The translations under genes were made by a program, and so were the position numbers. The notes beneath the pieces were generated by a model, which was not told where the DNA came from, ran no database searches, and saw only the letters and a list, made by a program, of their open reading frames with translations. DNA of 63,358 bases, filler included, from Basidiobolus ranarum (Eukaryota): assembly GCA_040143965.1 (NCBI GenBank). It is 12 parts of 12 records of this genome, joined end to end, with 100 filler letters (N's around TTAATTAATTAA, not from the genome) between each part and the next. Parts side by side here need not be neighbours in the genome. Positions count along the whole stretch, not along the records: positions 31,766 to 36,950 come from JASJQH010008552.1; positions 37,051 to 42,234 come from JASJQH010008553.1; positions 42,335 to 47,517 come from JASJQH010008554.1; positions 47,618 to 52,798 come from JASJQH010008555.1; 8 more parts are not named here. One strand, 5' to 3'. The stretch's first letter is position 1. Every line of letters starts with the position of its first letter. This document shows positions 36,731 through 49,905 of the stretch, piece by piece.

Positions 36731-38219
36731 GAAACGGAGGAGACAATTGCTATAGAAATAGCAGCACTGGAGCTGGTGCATATGGGTAAGGGGGATGAAA
36801 AGTGCCAGGTGGTGTGGACTTTATTTAGCTTATATACTTATCTAAACAAAGTGACAATCAAGATATCAATCTTTTAAGATATTATGACAATACTGGATCA
36901 TATCCATACTTGACTTGATGACTAATGTAATCAAGTTCAGAGGATGTAAANNNNNNNNNNNNNNNNNNNNNNNNNNNNNNNNNNNNNNNNNNNNTTAATT
37001 AATTAANNNNNNNNNNNNNNNNNNNNNNNNNNNNNNNNNNNNNNNNNNNNCAATCAATTCAAACCTTGATCCTATCTTAAATGGCTCATTCATATTGAAT
37101 TTTCCACTATATAGCTGCATAAGTAATATTCAACTATTGTTGAATAGTAAGTGCATAGTGCCTGCTGGAAAGCTCTGGCTTCAGCTGATCCCCTTTAGAA
37201 ATAGAATCTTTGGCTCATGGCCAGTTCCAAGTTTAGCATTAGATTGACTATTTGATTAACTTTATCAGTGAGCATGTTCAAATCTAACTAGGCTCTTGAT
37301 GGTAGAAACATGATGTTTAGCAATGTATTTGGATAGTAGTATTATGTATGCTTCTTTAGTGAGCTCCATTGATTTGCCAAAATTCACAGCAAGATAGTGC
37401 ATTATGCCTGCAAAACCCCCCATGTTTACTGATGGCTGGAGTGTCACCAAGTCATACAATCAAATTAGCTTTAAAGAAATATTCACACATCTGAATCCCA
37501 ATGATAAGATGGATAGTATCAAAATATTATTACTCTTTTACTGTTCAGAGGGAGGAAGATTCAAGTGAATTAAAATTATTGGCTAGCAAGCCTTTTCAAA
37601 AGTATATTGGTTTGGTGAGAAACCAACCAGAGCCATTACAAATGCTGATCATATTTGTTCTCAAAGAAACCTTGACTTTTCAGATTCTGGTAGTGCTATC
37701 CATTGGACTTGTTCTCTGTAATAGTGCCAGATTGTGCTGTTTATATCATATTGGATAGAGTGTTCTAAAATATATGTGACACAATTTGACACTATCCAGC
37801 ACTCTCTGGCATGATCAATTTCAATCACATTTACTCTAATATATTGATCCAAGGTCCAATAAATCATGGCACAATGCAACAAGTCCATCAAGTATATAAA
37901 AGTTCAAAATGGAAGAAGGCAATCCAGTATCTATCTCAATGGAGACAAATTCTAGCATGGCCAAATATGGCTCAGATAGGATTTGCTTGGATTGTAAAAA
38001 AGCCAGAAATTTACCTACTAATCTATTGAGGATAGTTTGTTATATATCATGATTAAAGCATGGCCAGATATTGCATATTCTGAGGGAGTCACCAGCTAAT
38101 ATATTCATAGTTAGGGATCTGAACAAATCAATATAGTTAAGTGTATCTTCAATTATTAGAAAGATATTATAGATCTATGCTCACAATGTATATATGTTTT
38201 CAATAAACCTTGATCTGAT

Positions 38220-38810
38220 GGGATATTCAGATGCAAGCTTAAGCAGAGATATTGACCACAGATGATCTAGAGCAGAAAACTGCATCTATTCTGTATTGAA
38301 GATATTTTTTGGAATTCCAAGATACAACCTACTGTAGCACTTCCACAACTCAAGTATAATACATTGCTGCTTCTGATGCAGTGGTAAAAGTAATATGAAT
38401 GAGAAAACTATTAATAGATATGAGCAATTCTTGAATTTTACAGGCCAATTTGGTTGAGGAAGAGTGTGGAAAAAAGCTTTGCCTAAGCACTTATAAAGTC
38501 AATATGGCTGATTATATACTTATCCTTCATCTCATCTAGATATTTCTAACTACTCTCAATCAGAAGTGACAGGAAATATCTCTACCAAATAAGAAGTTTT
38601 CAGACATTTTGATTTTTCAAACTTGTGCTAGAAACCCCAAGCCTTGCTCATATGTACCTGGATCCTTCCTTAACAAATTATACATGTTGATTTGCATACA
38701 TCTTGCAAAGAGTATATTTGTTTACTTCTGACTTAACAAATCAATATGTGAAAATGACCAAATTCTCTAATTCCCAAATCACTTCCTACAGGCTCCAAAA
38801 TACTTTCACA
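38220..38810 (+). mobile_element. Degenerate copia RNase H remnant, PPT and diverged family A LTR (38465-38810)
   Basis: SKIQPTVAL...YIAASDAV..VI*MRKLLIDM, then GAGGAAGAG-TGTGGAAA...AATACTTTCACA. Confidence 0.8.
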
Positions 38811-38985
38811 GAGAGTGGTCATCATTCTATTAGCAAAATTATAGAGAATCAGTATATTGACTCACCTTATTGCACTACAGCAGTCATGATTGCTGATTCA
38901 TTAATCAAACCATGAGGTGTGGAGAAAGTTTTGAAATTTAAACCATTGTTACAACTATAGTATATCACTATTTAGCAGAGAAAGA

Positions 38986-39180
38986 GTGTAGAAGTTAGCA
39001 TCTACAAATATTAATGTAATCATGAATAGTTTGGTACTTAGTTATAATATACTGCAGTATACTATTGTCAATCATTCTCAATCAGAATTTACTTTGAAAA
39101 TTTTGACAAAAGTATGTGTTCTCATTTACAGAGATTTTGCAAACTTGTGCCAGAAGTGACACACTTTGCATGTATGTTCA
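38986..39180 (+). mobile_element. Partial, old family A LTR preceded by a purine tract
   Basis: agagaaaagag-TGTAGAAGTTAGCAT...cattctcaatcagaatttact...caaacttgtgccagaa. Confidence 0.6.
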
Positions 39181-41379
39181 GTAAATGATGTTGAAGTATA
39201 TTCTCCTGATGTTTGTTCTAGTTGTAATATCCACAAGAGTCCTAGAACTTACCTAAAAAAAAGTTGATTCTTTTCTTTCCATAAATGGATCCCAGTGTAT
39301 CTTGAATAATCAGCAATAAAATGTTTATATATCTCTATCAGCCTAGAGATAAATTTTACATAGATCCACCTACATCTAACTTATCTATATGCAATTAATT
39401 GATAGATATAATTGAACCAGAGTTCTTGAAAAGTTGCCTGGCTTGTTTTCCATATCTAGAGCCCTGGTAATTTTCCATGGTGCTTGCAAGATTGATTTGA
39501 GGTCCAAAAATTTGGCAATTTTCAATCATTTTGCTCAAATAATCAAATTCTACTTGGACAAATATCTATTGCATGATTGAATAATTTCTTGATTAGAATA
39601 ACTTTGATTCAAACAGAAATCTCTTGGATTACAAGAAAATTTCGATAATCTATGAGCCCTTTCCTACAAAGCCATATCACTACCATTTTGATCCTTGATG
39701 ATGCAGCCTGACTTAATGAAATTAAGTTTTGGTCCTCCATAGGTAGCCTTGTGTCCAAAAATTCAATTCATATTAATACACATAACATAAAGTACATCCT
39801 TAACAGTAAGCACTTTCTCTTCAAAGGAGCACCAGTTAGGTTGATTTCAATTGTTCCCATTGGAATGGAATTCCACATATGGTCATCTTCTACAAAAACC
39901 TTTCTGTTTGAGATTTTTTCATATTTTTAAACCAAACTCTTGATATGGGAGATGTTTGGATGTTTTAGTATCAACATGAGAGTCCATGAAGGTAGTCATA
40001 GATAGGGCTGATATGAATGAGCAATCCTCCACTCCAACTATTTTTCCATATTCAACATGCTCTTCCACTTTGTAATTCTTTTGAAGAAATCTTATCTTAA
40101 ACAGCCTGTCCTTTTAAATAGATAGATCAGATCAGTAGTGGGTACTCCAAAGCATTCTGGTCATTAACTATAAATGTGATCTGGTTTATAACTGCCTTGA
40201 TATATTTTGCATGCATCTTCTTTTGCTAAAAAATTGTTGTTTTAGGAGCATCTAGTTGGCTGCAGAATATATTCTGTACCAGTTCTCCAGAGTGCACAAT
40301 CCAGGCAGATTTGACTCTTATTAATTTAATTATTTTTAATAGCATTGAAACTTGTAATTTTAAAGGAAATCTGTCTTTTTAAGATATTGTAAATATTAAT
40401 TTCAGAGAGTTTTATGTTGGTTTCTTCTCTTGCCAAAGTATCCCAAAAGCAATTTTCTGGCAGTAGCCTATTTAATTTTATTTCACAATATTATCAAACT
40501 CTGGATTTTGAAATATGCTTAGTTAAGTGAATAGGATCTCCATCAGAACTATATTTGGGTATGATTTGATCATACGTCTCTCTGGGTGATGAGTCAATAT
40601 ATTGAGTATAAACCACAGTCTAAATATGATATATTAATTAGTAATTAGATGTTAAGTAGTCTGCTGGTCTGATCAAAGAACTTTAGCATATACAGGGCAT
40701 CCCCACCAATCAAACTAGATAGCACCATCCACAGTGGAGTTCCATTACTACACTACCATTCTTATATCACTATGCATCCTACCTCTGATATTGCAAGGCT
40801 TATTGCATTTTGAAGTTTTTAGAGCTTATTAGAAGTGATTTGAAGAAACAGACAAATTGGTGGCATTCACCCATTGATTTATTGAGCCAACAATTGACAT
40901 TTATACTTTTGGCAAGATATGAGCATACTGAATTCAGAATGTCTCAAGAAGGATCCCAGGTGAATGTCTTCCAAGTTTGGCACAGATTAAAGTCTTTTGG
41001 AGTATTTGAAGTGTGCAGGTCAAGGTTTGGTTATGTGAAAGAGACACTTATGACTTATTGAATACATTATATTCAACTTTTAGCTTGCTACAAGATAAGA
41101 CTATTGTATGAGTTGAGATCTCAACAAACATGCCTGTAAAGCATGGATGAAAATTGTGATGATTTGGAGAGATTGTGCAAAATAGTAAAAATTATAAAAG
41201 TGCTCTAATTGATATGTATATCATTCAGAACAATAAGCACTCATTTTGAATGTCAGAACTGAGTGCTAAATAACCAGAACATGAATAAACTAACTACCAA
41301 TACTGAGCTGCTATTTACCTAATTTGAACATCCTCACTGAATCAATCATTTTGAATTTCTCTCAAATCCAACTCCTAAC

Positions 41380-42234
41380 TTAATATTTTAAACTATACTT
41401 TAGCTAAAGGTTTGGTTACAGTTACAGTAAACATTTCTTCAGTAGAGTAATAGACAATTTCAACTATGGCATTTTCTATTGATTCTTTAACCAGATGATG
41501 CCTAATGTATATGTTTTGTTCAAACATGAAATATGGGATTTTGAGCTAATGAAACCCATCTTAGATTCTCTGGAAACATAGTAATACTGGATTTTTGCAT
41601 ATTGCATAAGTTAGGAAATGACATTCTAGATCACATAGCATCTTTTGTAGTAGCAGGGGTAGCCAACTATCCTGCTTCTATGGAGGAAAGTCAAAAGGTT
41701 AGTTGATTCCTGCTGATTCAACTTAGTATTGCAGTTCCACGAACCAGCAAGCACTGTGGTTAATCTTGTATCATCAAGGTTGCATCCCCAATCTGTATGA
41801 CTATAACCTCCAAAAGACTGTGCATCAGCAGTGCATGAGTATTACAGAAACAGAACCACAACTTAACTCAAATACCTAAATAATTATTATGATGCTTTTT
41901 TGTGTTCTGATCCTGAATTTCTCAGATATTAAGCTGTGTGCTAACAGTTCACACTACTACAGCCATAACTGGAAATGTTCCAAGTGTTTTATACCTCAAA
42001 ATACCCATAATTGACTAATAATGGAGCCCTTGACTTTTTTTTGAGCCATTTTGGCACAAATTTGATGCATTTTTGATTTATTTCTCATTGGAATCAATTG
42101 ATCTTGACACACACTTGCTATTCACAGTGTTGGGTATTTTAGAATAGCCAAGTTGTATCTGTACTGTTTCTGCATATTCTTTTGATTAGGTTCACCACTC
42201 CTGCTTTTAACTCATACAAAGTCAAGCTTATTAG
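41380..42234 (-). mobile_element. Degenerate Ty1/copia RT/RNase H remnant
   Basis: Collinear with 10030-10498 (gctaaaggtttggtta, tagacaa.ttcaa, catgaaat, ctaatgaaa, atcacatagc, tatcatcaaggtt). Confidence 0.75.
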
Positions 42235-42970
42235 NNNNNNNNNNNNNNNNNNNNNNNNNNNNNNNNNNNNNNNNNNNNTTAATTAATTAANNNNNNNNNN
42301 NNNNNNNNNNNNNNNNNNNNNNNNNNNNNNNNNNCTAATTAATTACTCCATCAATGATAAAATTAATAGACGTTTGATCTTTCATTTTAGGCTAAAACGA
42401 AATAGTATAGTTTGCTATTTCCATGCACTTGGCTCCCAAATCAGTCAAGCTACGGTTTGGGCCATTTCATCATGTTAGCTAGTCCCCACGCCTTACCGTC
42501 AAACAATCATCAAGTACCCTATTTAGTTGCCTTTGTAGCGTAGCATACCCAAAACTCCAAGGTCTAGTCAAGAGTTTAAATTCAGGGTTACACAGAACAA
42601 AGGTAGGTTCGACATTTTGGGGACCCAAGTCTGCTCAAGTTGTCTATCAATCAGATTTATCGCAAACCTATGGCTAGAAGTCACCGATAATGTGAATCAT
42701 AGCGTTTTCGATTATTTCCATACACAAGATCAAGGCCCAGTTTTAAAACCAGATGATTTAGGACATATATTGTTGTCAAAATAAGCTTGCCAAGGAAACT
42801 ACCATTGTAAAAGTACCGTGATACATCCCAAAAATTGTTCCTCCTCAGTTATCGGTTTTCATTCTCGCTTTTTTTTGATCAACTTTGGATTAGCTTCAAC
42901 TGCTTAAACTCTGTCTTCCTCCCCTTTCTTAACTGAACTTGCAAATTAGTATTCTTTTTATATACTTTTG

Positions 42971-45723
42971 ATGACTCCGGAGAAGGGAGCGTCCCATTCT
43001 GTTGCGGTTGTAAAGGCTTCCGAGAAGTATTCTTTCATTTTCGCTCCAGGAAAGCAAGCGAGTAAAAATGGAAATGTCAAACTCAACCTATTTTTTGATA
43101 AACCTTTCTATAACGCAGCTGGTCACCTCAGTGGTAGATTAGAGCTGACTTGTGTATCAGAGGAATTACTTATGCTTGGTCAAGTTCTAATTGAAGTCAC
43201 TGGTTTTGAAGGTGGCGTTATTATCTTCCCCACTCTTTTAACTTTTTCAAGACTCACTTCAATATATACTAATGTTTGTATCGTTTACCTTCCCTTTTAG
43301 ACATAGAAAGAGACTCCAAAAATACTTCACTTCGCCATCGTATCTTTTACAAAACCAGACTAGTTTTACAGGACCAGAATACGCCTTCTGATGCGGTAAA
43401 GCCAAATTCTCTTCCTGGTAGATATTCTTCCTTGCTTGATATATCCAAAACTTTACTTATTTCTAACCTCTTCATATAGACGTTGATGGCTATTATCCAG
43501 CAAAAGCTGGTAAAACCAGTTTCCCTTTTGCCTTGGAGTTGTCTGGTACCCTTCCAAGTAGCTATGTTTCAAAAATTGGAGGTGTTCGATATGTTGTGTC
43601 TGGGTATGCAACTCAACATTCGTATTCTTTAATATTGACTAACTAACAAACTGTTGAATTTTAGGGCAGCGTTAATTAAATCTAATAAGAAAAAAGAAAA
43701 TCTAGCGCACAATAGATTTGCTCAAGTTTATGAGCGGTGGCCTCAATCAGAGGTAGAGTACGCACGTTTAGCTACAGTGTCCGCCGACAATAGCGAGGAG
43801 GTAAAAGGTGAAATAAAGGAGAAAATATCCATGTCCGCTGAGTTGACTAAAGCGATGGTAGCTGCTGGTGGCTTGATTTACGTTAAAGCATTTATTAATA
43901 ATCTGGGGAAAAAAGCAGTAGGAGTTTTTTTTTCATTCGTGTGAATTCTATTATCTTAATTTATCTAAACCGAACTGTCTTTAGGTATCAGGGCTTAAAC
44001 TATCCTTATGGCAGCAGATATCTGGAAACAACGACTTAACCAGAGCAGATTCTGGGGGACGATTGGCAGCAGTGGTGGATAATCGAGTACTTGTCACGGA
44101 GGCTGTTTATCGTGGACATGATTGGGTTATACCGTATGGTGAGAGTCGAGGGTTGGTAGTCGCCCTTGGTATCCCTGTAAGTACCTGTTATAGCTGCTTC
44201 GTTATTATCAATGACATTAACGTGAATCTACATAGCCATCATGTTATTCCCTTCGGAATACTGCTCTTATTCAAGTTTCTTACGAAGTCCAAATTGACTT
44301 GATTACTTCTTTTTGGTTGGTATTCAAGCAACACTTTGTTTGTTTCCCTCATTATCTCACATAAATGTTATTTATCCAGTAAATGGAAGCCGCTTCGCTT
44401 ACCTATATACATAGCGCATCCATCCTCGTGGAGTGATTCTGCTCCTAGTATATCATACAACGAGGTACAGAACTATACATTGCCCAAGAGCCCGACTCCA
44501 TCGGCGTTTCAGCTTTCCACAACTAGTAGTAGACCTAATTCTTCGCATATTCCATCCGTCATCTCTACACCAACACCAACGGTCACGTCTACACCAGTTC
44601 CTTCTCCAATCCCAACCCCAATGCCTTCACCCCCTCCTACTACCGAGATCAAAGTTATCGAATTCAAGGAATTTCCTCCAGTGTCCAAGAATCCTCGAAG
44701 AGGTAAACCCATGAAGTTATTCAATCTTTCAATATTTTGTGATAGTAACGAACATTTATACTAGTTTCCTTACTGTCTCGCAAGGATACAATTCGTCGTA
44801 AAACTCGACCAAGCTCAGTTGGAACTCTCTGTGAGCCTATAGAAGGCAATAAATTGATCTTGAGAGTTACCAATCCTGATGAAACTGAAGAACCAGAGAT
44901 GTTGTTCGAGCCGGATCAAAGAAGACGTGTGCCAGGCCCACGTAAACGTGCCTCTACTGTTGGAGGTGTTGCTTCTTACCCTTCTATTGCTCAAAATCTC
45001 CGCCAAAACACCGCAGGCGGGACCACTGCTTTTCAACGTAGTGGTTTACGTGTGGCTTCGGCACCATTGGGATACGTTAGTGACACTTCAAGTTTAATAG
45101 AGATCGGCGATCGAATTTTAACTCAACATGGACTCCGACCTAGTTTCGAGGAGCCCCAATGCACCTTAAACCCCGCATCAATGGTAACTCCACCCCGGCG
45201 TGGTGTGACCATTCAACAACTTGAGGAGCTCCAGGAACGAATTGAGCTTCCTGAAAATGTTGAATCGGAGTTAGAATCTAACTCAGATGATAGTCCTGAA
45301 AGCTTTCATGATGCAAGGGATGGTGAGGAAATTGACGACACAAAATCTGTAGATATAGCCATGCCTTTGGACGTTAAAGATGAATGGCAAGGCTGGGAAG
45401 ATAAAGATGGTCGTCCAGATCAGTATATGTATCCAACTGTAGCCCAAGAGGATTATTATCTAAGTGAAAATTCAGAATACGGCACATTAGCTGAAGAAGA
45501 TCAGAGCAATAAGTGGAAAGGAAAGCGAAACACTACAAGGCGATTATTAAAGAAAAATACCATGAGAGTCAGATTATCCAGATCAGATACAGTAGCTTCT
45601 ATTCAAAAGAAACTAGCCAGACTTCAGCATCAAATGGACACCGTTCTCACATTAATGGATACTGAGCCGCTGCCCACTTTAGGAAAGGTGAACCATGATC
45701 CTACTCGAACCCTAAGCACTTAA
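42971..45723 (+). CDS. Arrestin-fold (alpha-arrestin-like) protein with long disordered C-terminus; about 7 introns
   Basis: LSGRLELTC, VLIEVTGFE and FPFALELSGTLPSSYVSKIGGVRYVVSG are typical of Arrestin_N. Introns at 43212-43300, 43418-43479, ~43604-43664, ~43918-43984, ~44177-44234, ~44317-44379 and 44703-44764. Confidence 0.8.
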
Positions 45724-46964
45724 TTGAGGGACTTTTTCTCACCTTGGAACCATATTGTATTATGACTATCTATCACTTAGTTTTCGACTTCGATACATGT
45801 AATTATATGACCAACATTATTCCTCTATCACTTATTCGTCGTCCATATTTTACATTGTTCTTAATGTAAAAATGTCACCCTCACATAGTATCTCTTCACC
45901 TATGATTTTGACCAACAGTAGCCTTCTTAACTATCCGTGTAAAAATGAATAAAAATAAATTCGATTTTCTTCATTTTATTTTAATCTTACCTAGAGGAAT
46001 GGCTTGTGGACATTGTTCCTCAATTTGATCCATTCTATCGAAACAAGTTTGGTATAAGACAATATGTAGTAATGTATTTCTACATTGCATGTACAAGTAT
46101 TTTTGTGCTCTTCCAGGAGAATTCCTTTACTTATATCCTTTAGTCTAGCAGAGGATCAAGTAACCAATTAGCATGGGAGTCCTCTTCGATTCTTTACACA
46201 GTATTGATGGTTCATTATTATTAAACGTGCCAAAGCCAAGAACTATTCCTCTGAAATATAGTTACTTAACTGGCTTGAATTAGAGACCACATTAGCTATC
46301 AAGGATTATTAAATTAATCACCACTATTCAAAGTTTCCAAGATTTAGGCAGAACATAATTAGCATATGATTGGGGTATCTACTTCTTCAAGTGGACCATT
46401 AAAGAGGTATTTTAATGGCTGGTTTTCGGGATTTCTTCCTAGACAATGGGTGACCAAATTGAAACAGTTATGGAAGAAACATACTGACAGAATCAGGGGT
46501 CTTTTCGCGAAGTATTACTCAATATGGAGTAATTGGAAGTCAACAATATGGTTATTTCATATATAATGTGGAATTCACACTAATTACAATTGACAAATTA
46601 GGTAAGCGCACCTATTATTGATATAGTGTGATGGCATCAGAATTGGGCGATGATGTAATCCATAAGCATGTACTGTTTGGTTTCAATCGCTACGTACATC
46701 ATCATAAGTGTAATAGTTGTGTAATACAGATGGGTGGCTTAGCATGGTCTCCTGTAAGTATTGAACCATGGTGCAAATCGTGATACGAAGTCAGGTGATT
46801 AACGTTAACTGTAGATAATGACAAACAGGGTTGTTTATTATTTGTCCTTTCTTAAAATAAGTACAGGAAGAAAACAGCAACAGGAAAATGCGGATAGAAA
46901 GGGTTCAGCCTTAAATACGTTTCATATTTTACATTATAGTTTACAATGCTATCGCACGGATGAA

Positions 46965-47517
46965 TCAAGGTTCTTTCTTGAATGCAGTTGAGTTAGAGTT
47001 GGCTCGTTGATTTTTCGATTCTCTTCTACTTTTTTTGGACCACCTTAAGCCACACGCATTGCAAAGCCTAAAGAGCATCAAAGTTAGAAATACTGGTTCA
47101 TTAAGCTTTCAAAAGTTAGAGGAACTCTTACGTCTTAACTCCCAAGGGTCCTTTACGCCATTCTGGAGAGTCAGTGGTTCCACATTCGGTACATATACGT
47201 TCAATATCATCGATGGCTTTATGTTTGCGCTAGAGTAAGGTATAAATAATGCCATTCTAACCAATACAAGAGTGAAGAATGAGTGTACCTTCTTAGCCGA
47301 AATGTCTGGCATGAGTTGTGAATGATTGCTTTGCATGGAGCGGGTATCATCTGTATTAATTGACGAATGACAGCTAGCACTGCCACCTCCACGGAGATCA
47401 AGGGTGTTCCTTAGTTCATCGTCGGGTGCCGGTACGCTAGTATCAGGTTCTGATTGATTTTCACGAAGACATTCGTCATTGTTCTGTTCATCGTATTCGA
47501 CAATACCATCTTCTTCT
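46965..47517 (-). CDS. 3' part of a GATA zinc-finger transcription factor, White collar-2-like; 5' truncated (missed by the ORF track)
   Basis: Removing introns 47230-47288 and 47068-47131 gives [47 protein letters not shown] (C-x2-C-x18-C-x2-C); stop at 46965. Confidence 0.88.
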
Positions 47518-47782
47518 NNNNNNNNNNNNNNNNNNNNNNNNNNNNNNNNNNNNNNNNNNNNTTAATTAATTAANNNNNNNNNNNNNNNNNNNNNNNNNNN
47601 NNNNNNNNNNNNNNNNNTGATATAACCACAAGTACATGATATCCATTTTCATGGAGGTATTAATTAACGAATCAATCAACTAGTTATTACTGTTATGAAG
47701 TAACGTTTATTGTAGAAAACTTCACCCAGGAAATCAATCCATTGAAAGGTGAGAATGCACAATGGGAAATTAAAGAAGTAAT

Positions 47783-48112
47783 TTAATCGAAGAGACCGAA
47801 ACCCATATCATCATCAGATTCTTCCTTGGCCTCTTCCTTCTCCTCAGCGGCAGGGGCATCGGAGGCGGCGGCACCAGCAGCAGCAGCGCCTGAGGAGGCA
47901 GCGGCACCACCGGAAGGAACGGAAGCAAGCTTCTCCTTACCTTGAGCAATCAATTCTTCAACGTTCTTTCCTTCCAATTCGGAAATCAACTTGGAAAGAC
48001 GCTCAGAGTCGGCTTCAATACCGACAGATGAGAGAAGCTTCTCAACATCAGAGGCAGCGGGGGATTCGTTACCACCGAGGGTAAGAAGGAGGTAGGCAGC
48101 AATATAACGCAT
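47783..48112 (-). CDS. RPP2: 60S acidic ribosomal protein P2 (5'-UTR intron at 48123-48195)
   Basis: [10 protein letters not shown]...[13 protein letters not shown]. Confidence 0.98.
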   Translation of the reverse strand: MRYIAAYLLLTLGGNESPAASDVEKLLSSVGIEADSERLSKLISELEGKNVEELIAQGKEKLASVPSGGAAASSGAAAAGAAASDAPAAEEKEEAKEESDDDMGFGLFD

Positions 48113-48454
48113 CTCAAAGAACCTAATGAACAGTAATGATTGGAAAGGATGAATAAATGAATGGATGAATCCTCGAATAGGATGGATTTACTAACCTTTA
48201 CGTTACTTTGCAATTTTGTATGGGAAGGGAGTAATAGAATCACATAAATTCTCGCTTTTGTAACTTCATACAAAAAATTCTTGTGCCCCGGGTATTCCTA
48301 TTGATGAAAAAAAATCTAAACAAAAAAATATAACCAAACCATTTCATAAACGACGTTAACTTTAATCAATTTTTATGTAATATTTATTAATCTGTGCTGT
48401 AAATACACAATACAATACTATATATTGTCACTGTTCTCAGCTCCTGTGTTGTGT

Positions 48455-48724
48455 CTAATTCTCTTCTACGCGTAGTTTTTTCTTCTCAGGAGAAGAATCC
48501 TCTTCTTCATCTTCACCTTCACCTTCTTCACCCTCGTCAATTTCTTCCCCTTTTTCTTCAGGAACACCTACTTTTTTCATCAATGCGGTCAAATATTCGT
48601 TAGTCTCAGCTTGGAGTTTTTTAATTGAATCAGCTAAGCTAGGTAGATAGTTGGCTGCATCAAGTTCAATTGAAGTCTCTTTTTCAATCTTCCCTTGGAA
48701 TTTGTGTACACTGTGTATTTGCAT
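48455..48724 (-). CDS. Small acidic protein, probable EKC/KEOPS subunit Gon7
   Basis: 89 aa; YLPSLADSIKKLQAETNEYLTALM resembles the Gon7 helix (YL..LR......Q..IN.FLT..M), followed by an acidic tail and KKKLR. Confidence 0.55.
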   Translation of the reverse strand: MQIHSVHKFQGKIEKETSIELDAANYLPSLADSIKKLQAETNEYLTALMKKVGVPEEKGEEIDEGEEGEGEDEEEDSSPEKKKLRVEEN

Positions 48725-48984
48725 GGCGAAAGATATCTAAAACGATTAAAGTTTGTGTATGTTGCTGTCAAGCGTTAAAGGAATACAGTCAGAGATTGTA
48801 TTCGAATATAGGGTGAAAAAAAGTTATGCAAAATTTGGAGTTGTTTATTATTATTATTATTAGTATTAACTGATTTGATCAAGTCTATGTATAAATTAAA
48901 TAACATCAACATGGTGGCGTAGATTCTATTTACAGCGTTATAATACAATGGGACGGAATGTAAAAAAGGTCGATTGTCATTTCC

Positions 48985-49905
48985 TCAGCACTTCATTTGA
49001 CTTTGCTCATGACCTGTGATGGTAAATCCATATGCGTCCAGTTTAATATTAGAGCTCAGGGTGAAATCACCACGTTTAACGAGATCCATCAAGTCACTAG
49101 TACGATCGGCGGATTCTGGCCAGACATCATCTTCAGTACAACACAACATTTGCCAACGAGTATGCACAAATGCTTCAAGAAAATCTTCTTCACACATATT
49201 GCCCATAGGACCAGTCATACGAAGGATAGTTGGTAAACTAATACCATCGTCCTCTTCCCAACCATGCTGAATAGCAGTGTCATAGAAGATAGCTCTGCCT
49301 AATTCGGAACGAATCCCCACCTTTTTAGCGATCTTCAATGCCGGCTTATAATACATATTTTCGGCCGTATGATCCTGTAGTTTTACAAAGTCACTATCTT
49401 GACAAGCAGCTTTTTTCCAGTTCTGCGGGAATCCTTTCAAATTCTTGACGCTACCTCGGCCATTTGAATCCCAATCCAGGTTGCTAAGGCGTTTCAACTC
49501 TTTCCTATATTGATCCAAGTTATTACCTGGTTTTATCTTGTGATACTCCTCCACAACATGGTAAGCATCATTGGTCCCAGTGGTAAATCCTACAGAACCA
49601 CAAGTATAACCTCTTCCATCATACAAATTTTCGCATGAGGTATAACCAAAGTCAGTATTACCATGTTCAAATACATTGATCATGAGCTTTGCCTTTTGTC
49701 GTTTGAAACTATCGATTTCTTCATAATTCCAGCCCCTAATTTCACTCTCATAGTTTTTACCTGTGGGTTTGTATTTACGATATCGATTACAAGTACTCGA
49801 ATTAATAGCATACTTACCTTTGCAATATGGAAAACTTGCACCTTCCGTGTAAGTGAGTGATACCAGAAAAGCAACGGCCAGGCGACACTTCTTTGTAAGG
49901 AGCAT
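48985..49905 (-). CDS. Secreted GH46 chitosanase
   Basis: Signal peptide; NVFEHG (catalytic Glu), ENLYDGRGYTCGSVGFTTGT (catalytic Asp), YDTAIQHG; intronless. Confidence 0.93.
   Translation of the reverse strand: MLLTKKCRLAVAFLVSLTYTEGASFPYCKGKYAINSSTCNRYRKYKPTGKNYESEIRGWNYEEIDSFKRQKAKLMINVFEHGNTDFGYTSCENLYDGRGYTCGSVGFTTGTNDAYHVVEEYHKIKPGNNLDQYRKELKRLSNLDWDSNGRGSVKNLKGFPQNWKKAACQDSDFVKLQDHTAENMYYKPALKIAKKVGIRSELGRAIFYDTAIQHGWEEDDGISLPTILRMTGPMGNMCEEDFLEAFVHTRWQMLCCTEDDVWPESADRTSDLMDLVKRGDFTLSSNIKLDAYGFTITGHEQSQMKC

Noticed and set aside
39300-41100. Possible LINE or other retroelement coding remnant (also 7300-9900 and 37051-38200)
   Set aside because: CpG loss suggests repeat origin, but I could not recover diagnostic motifs to assign a family.
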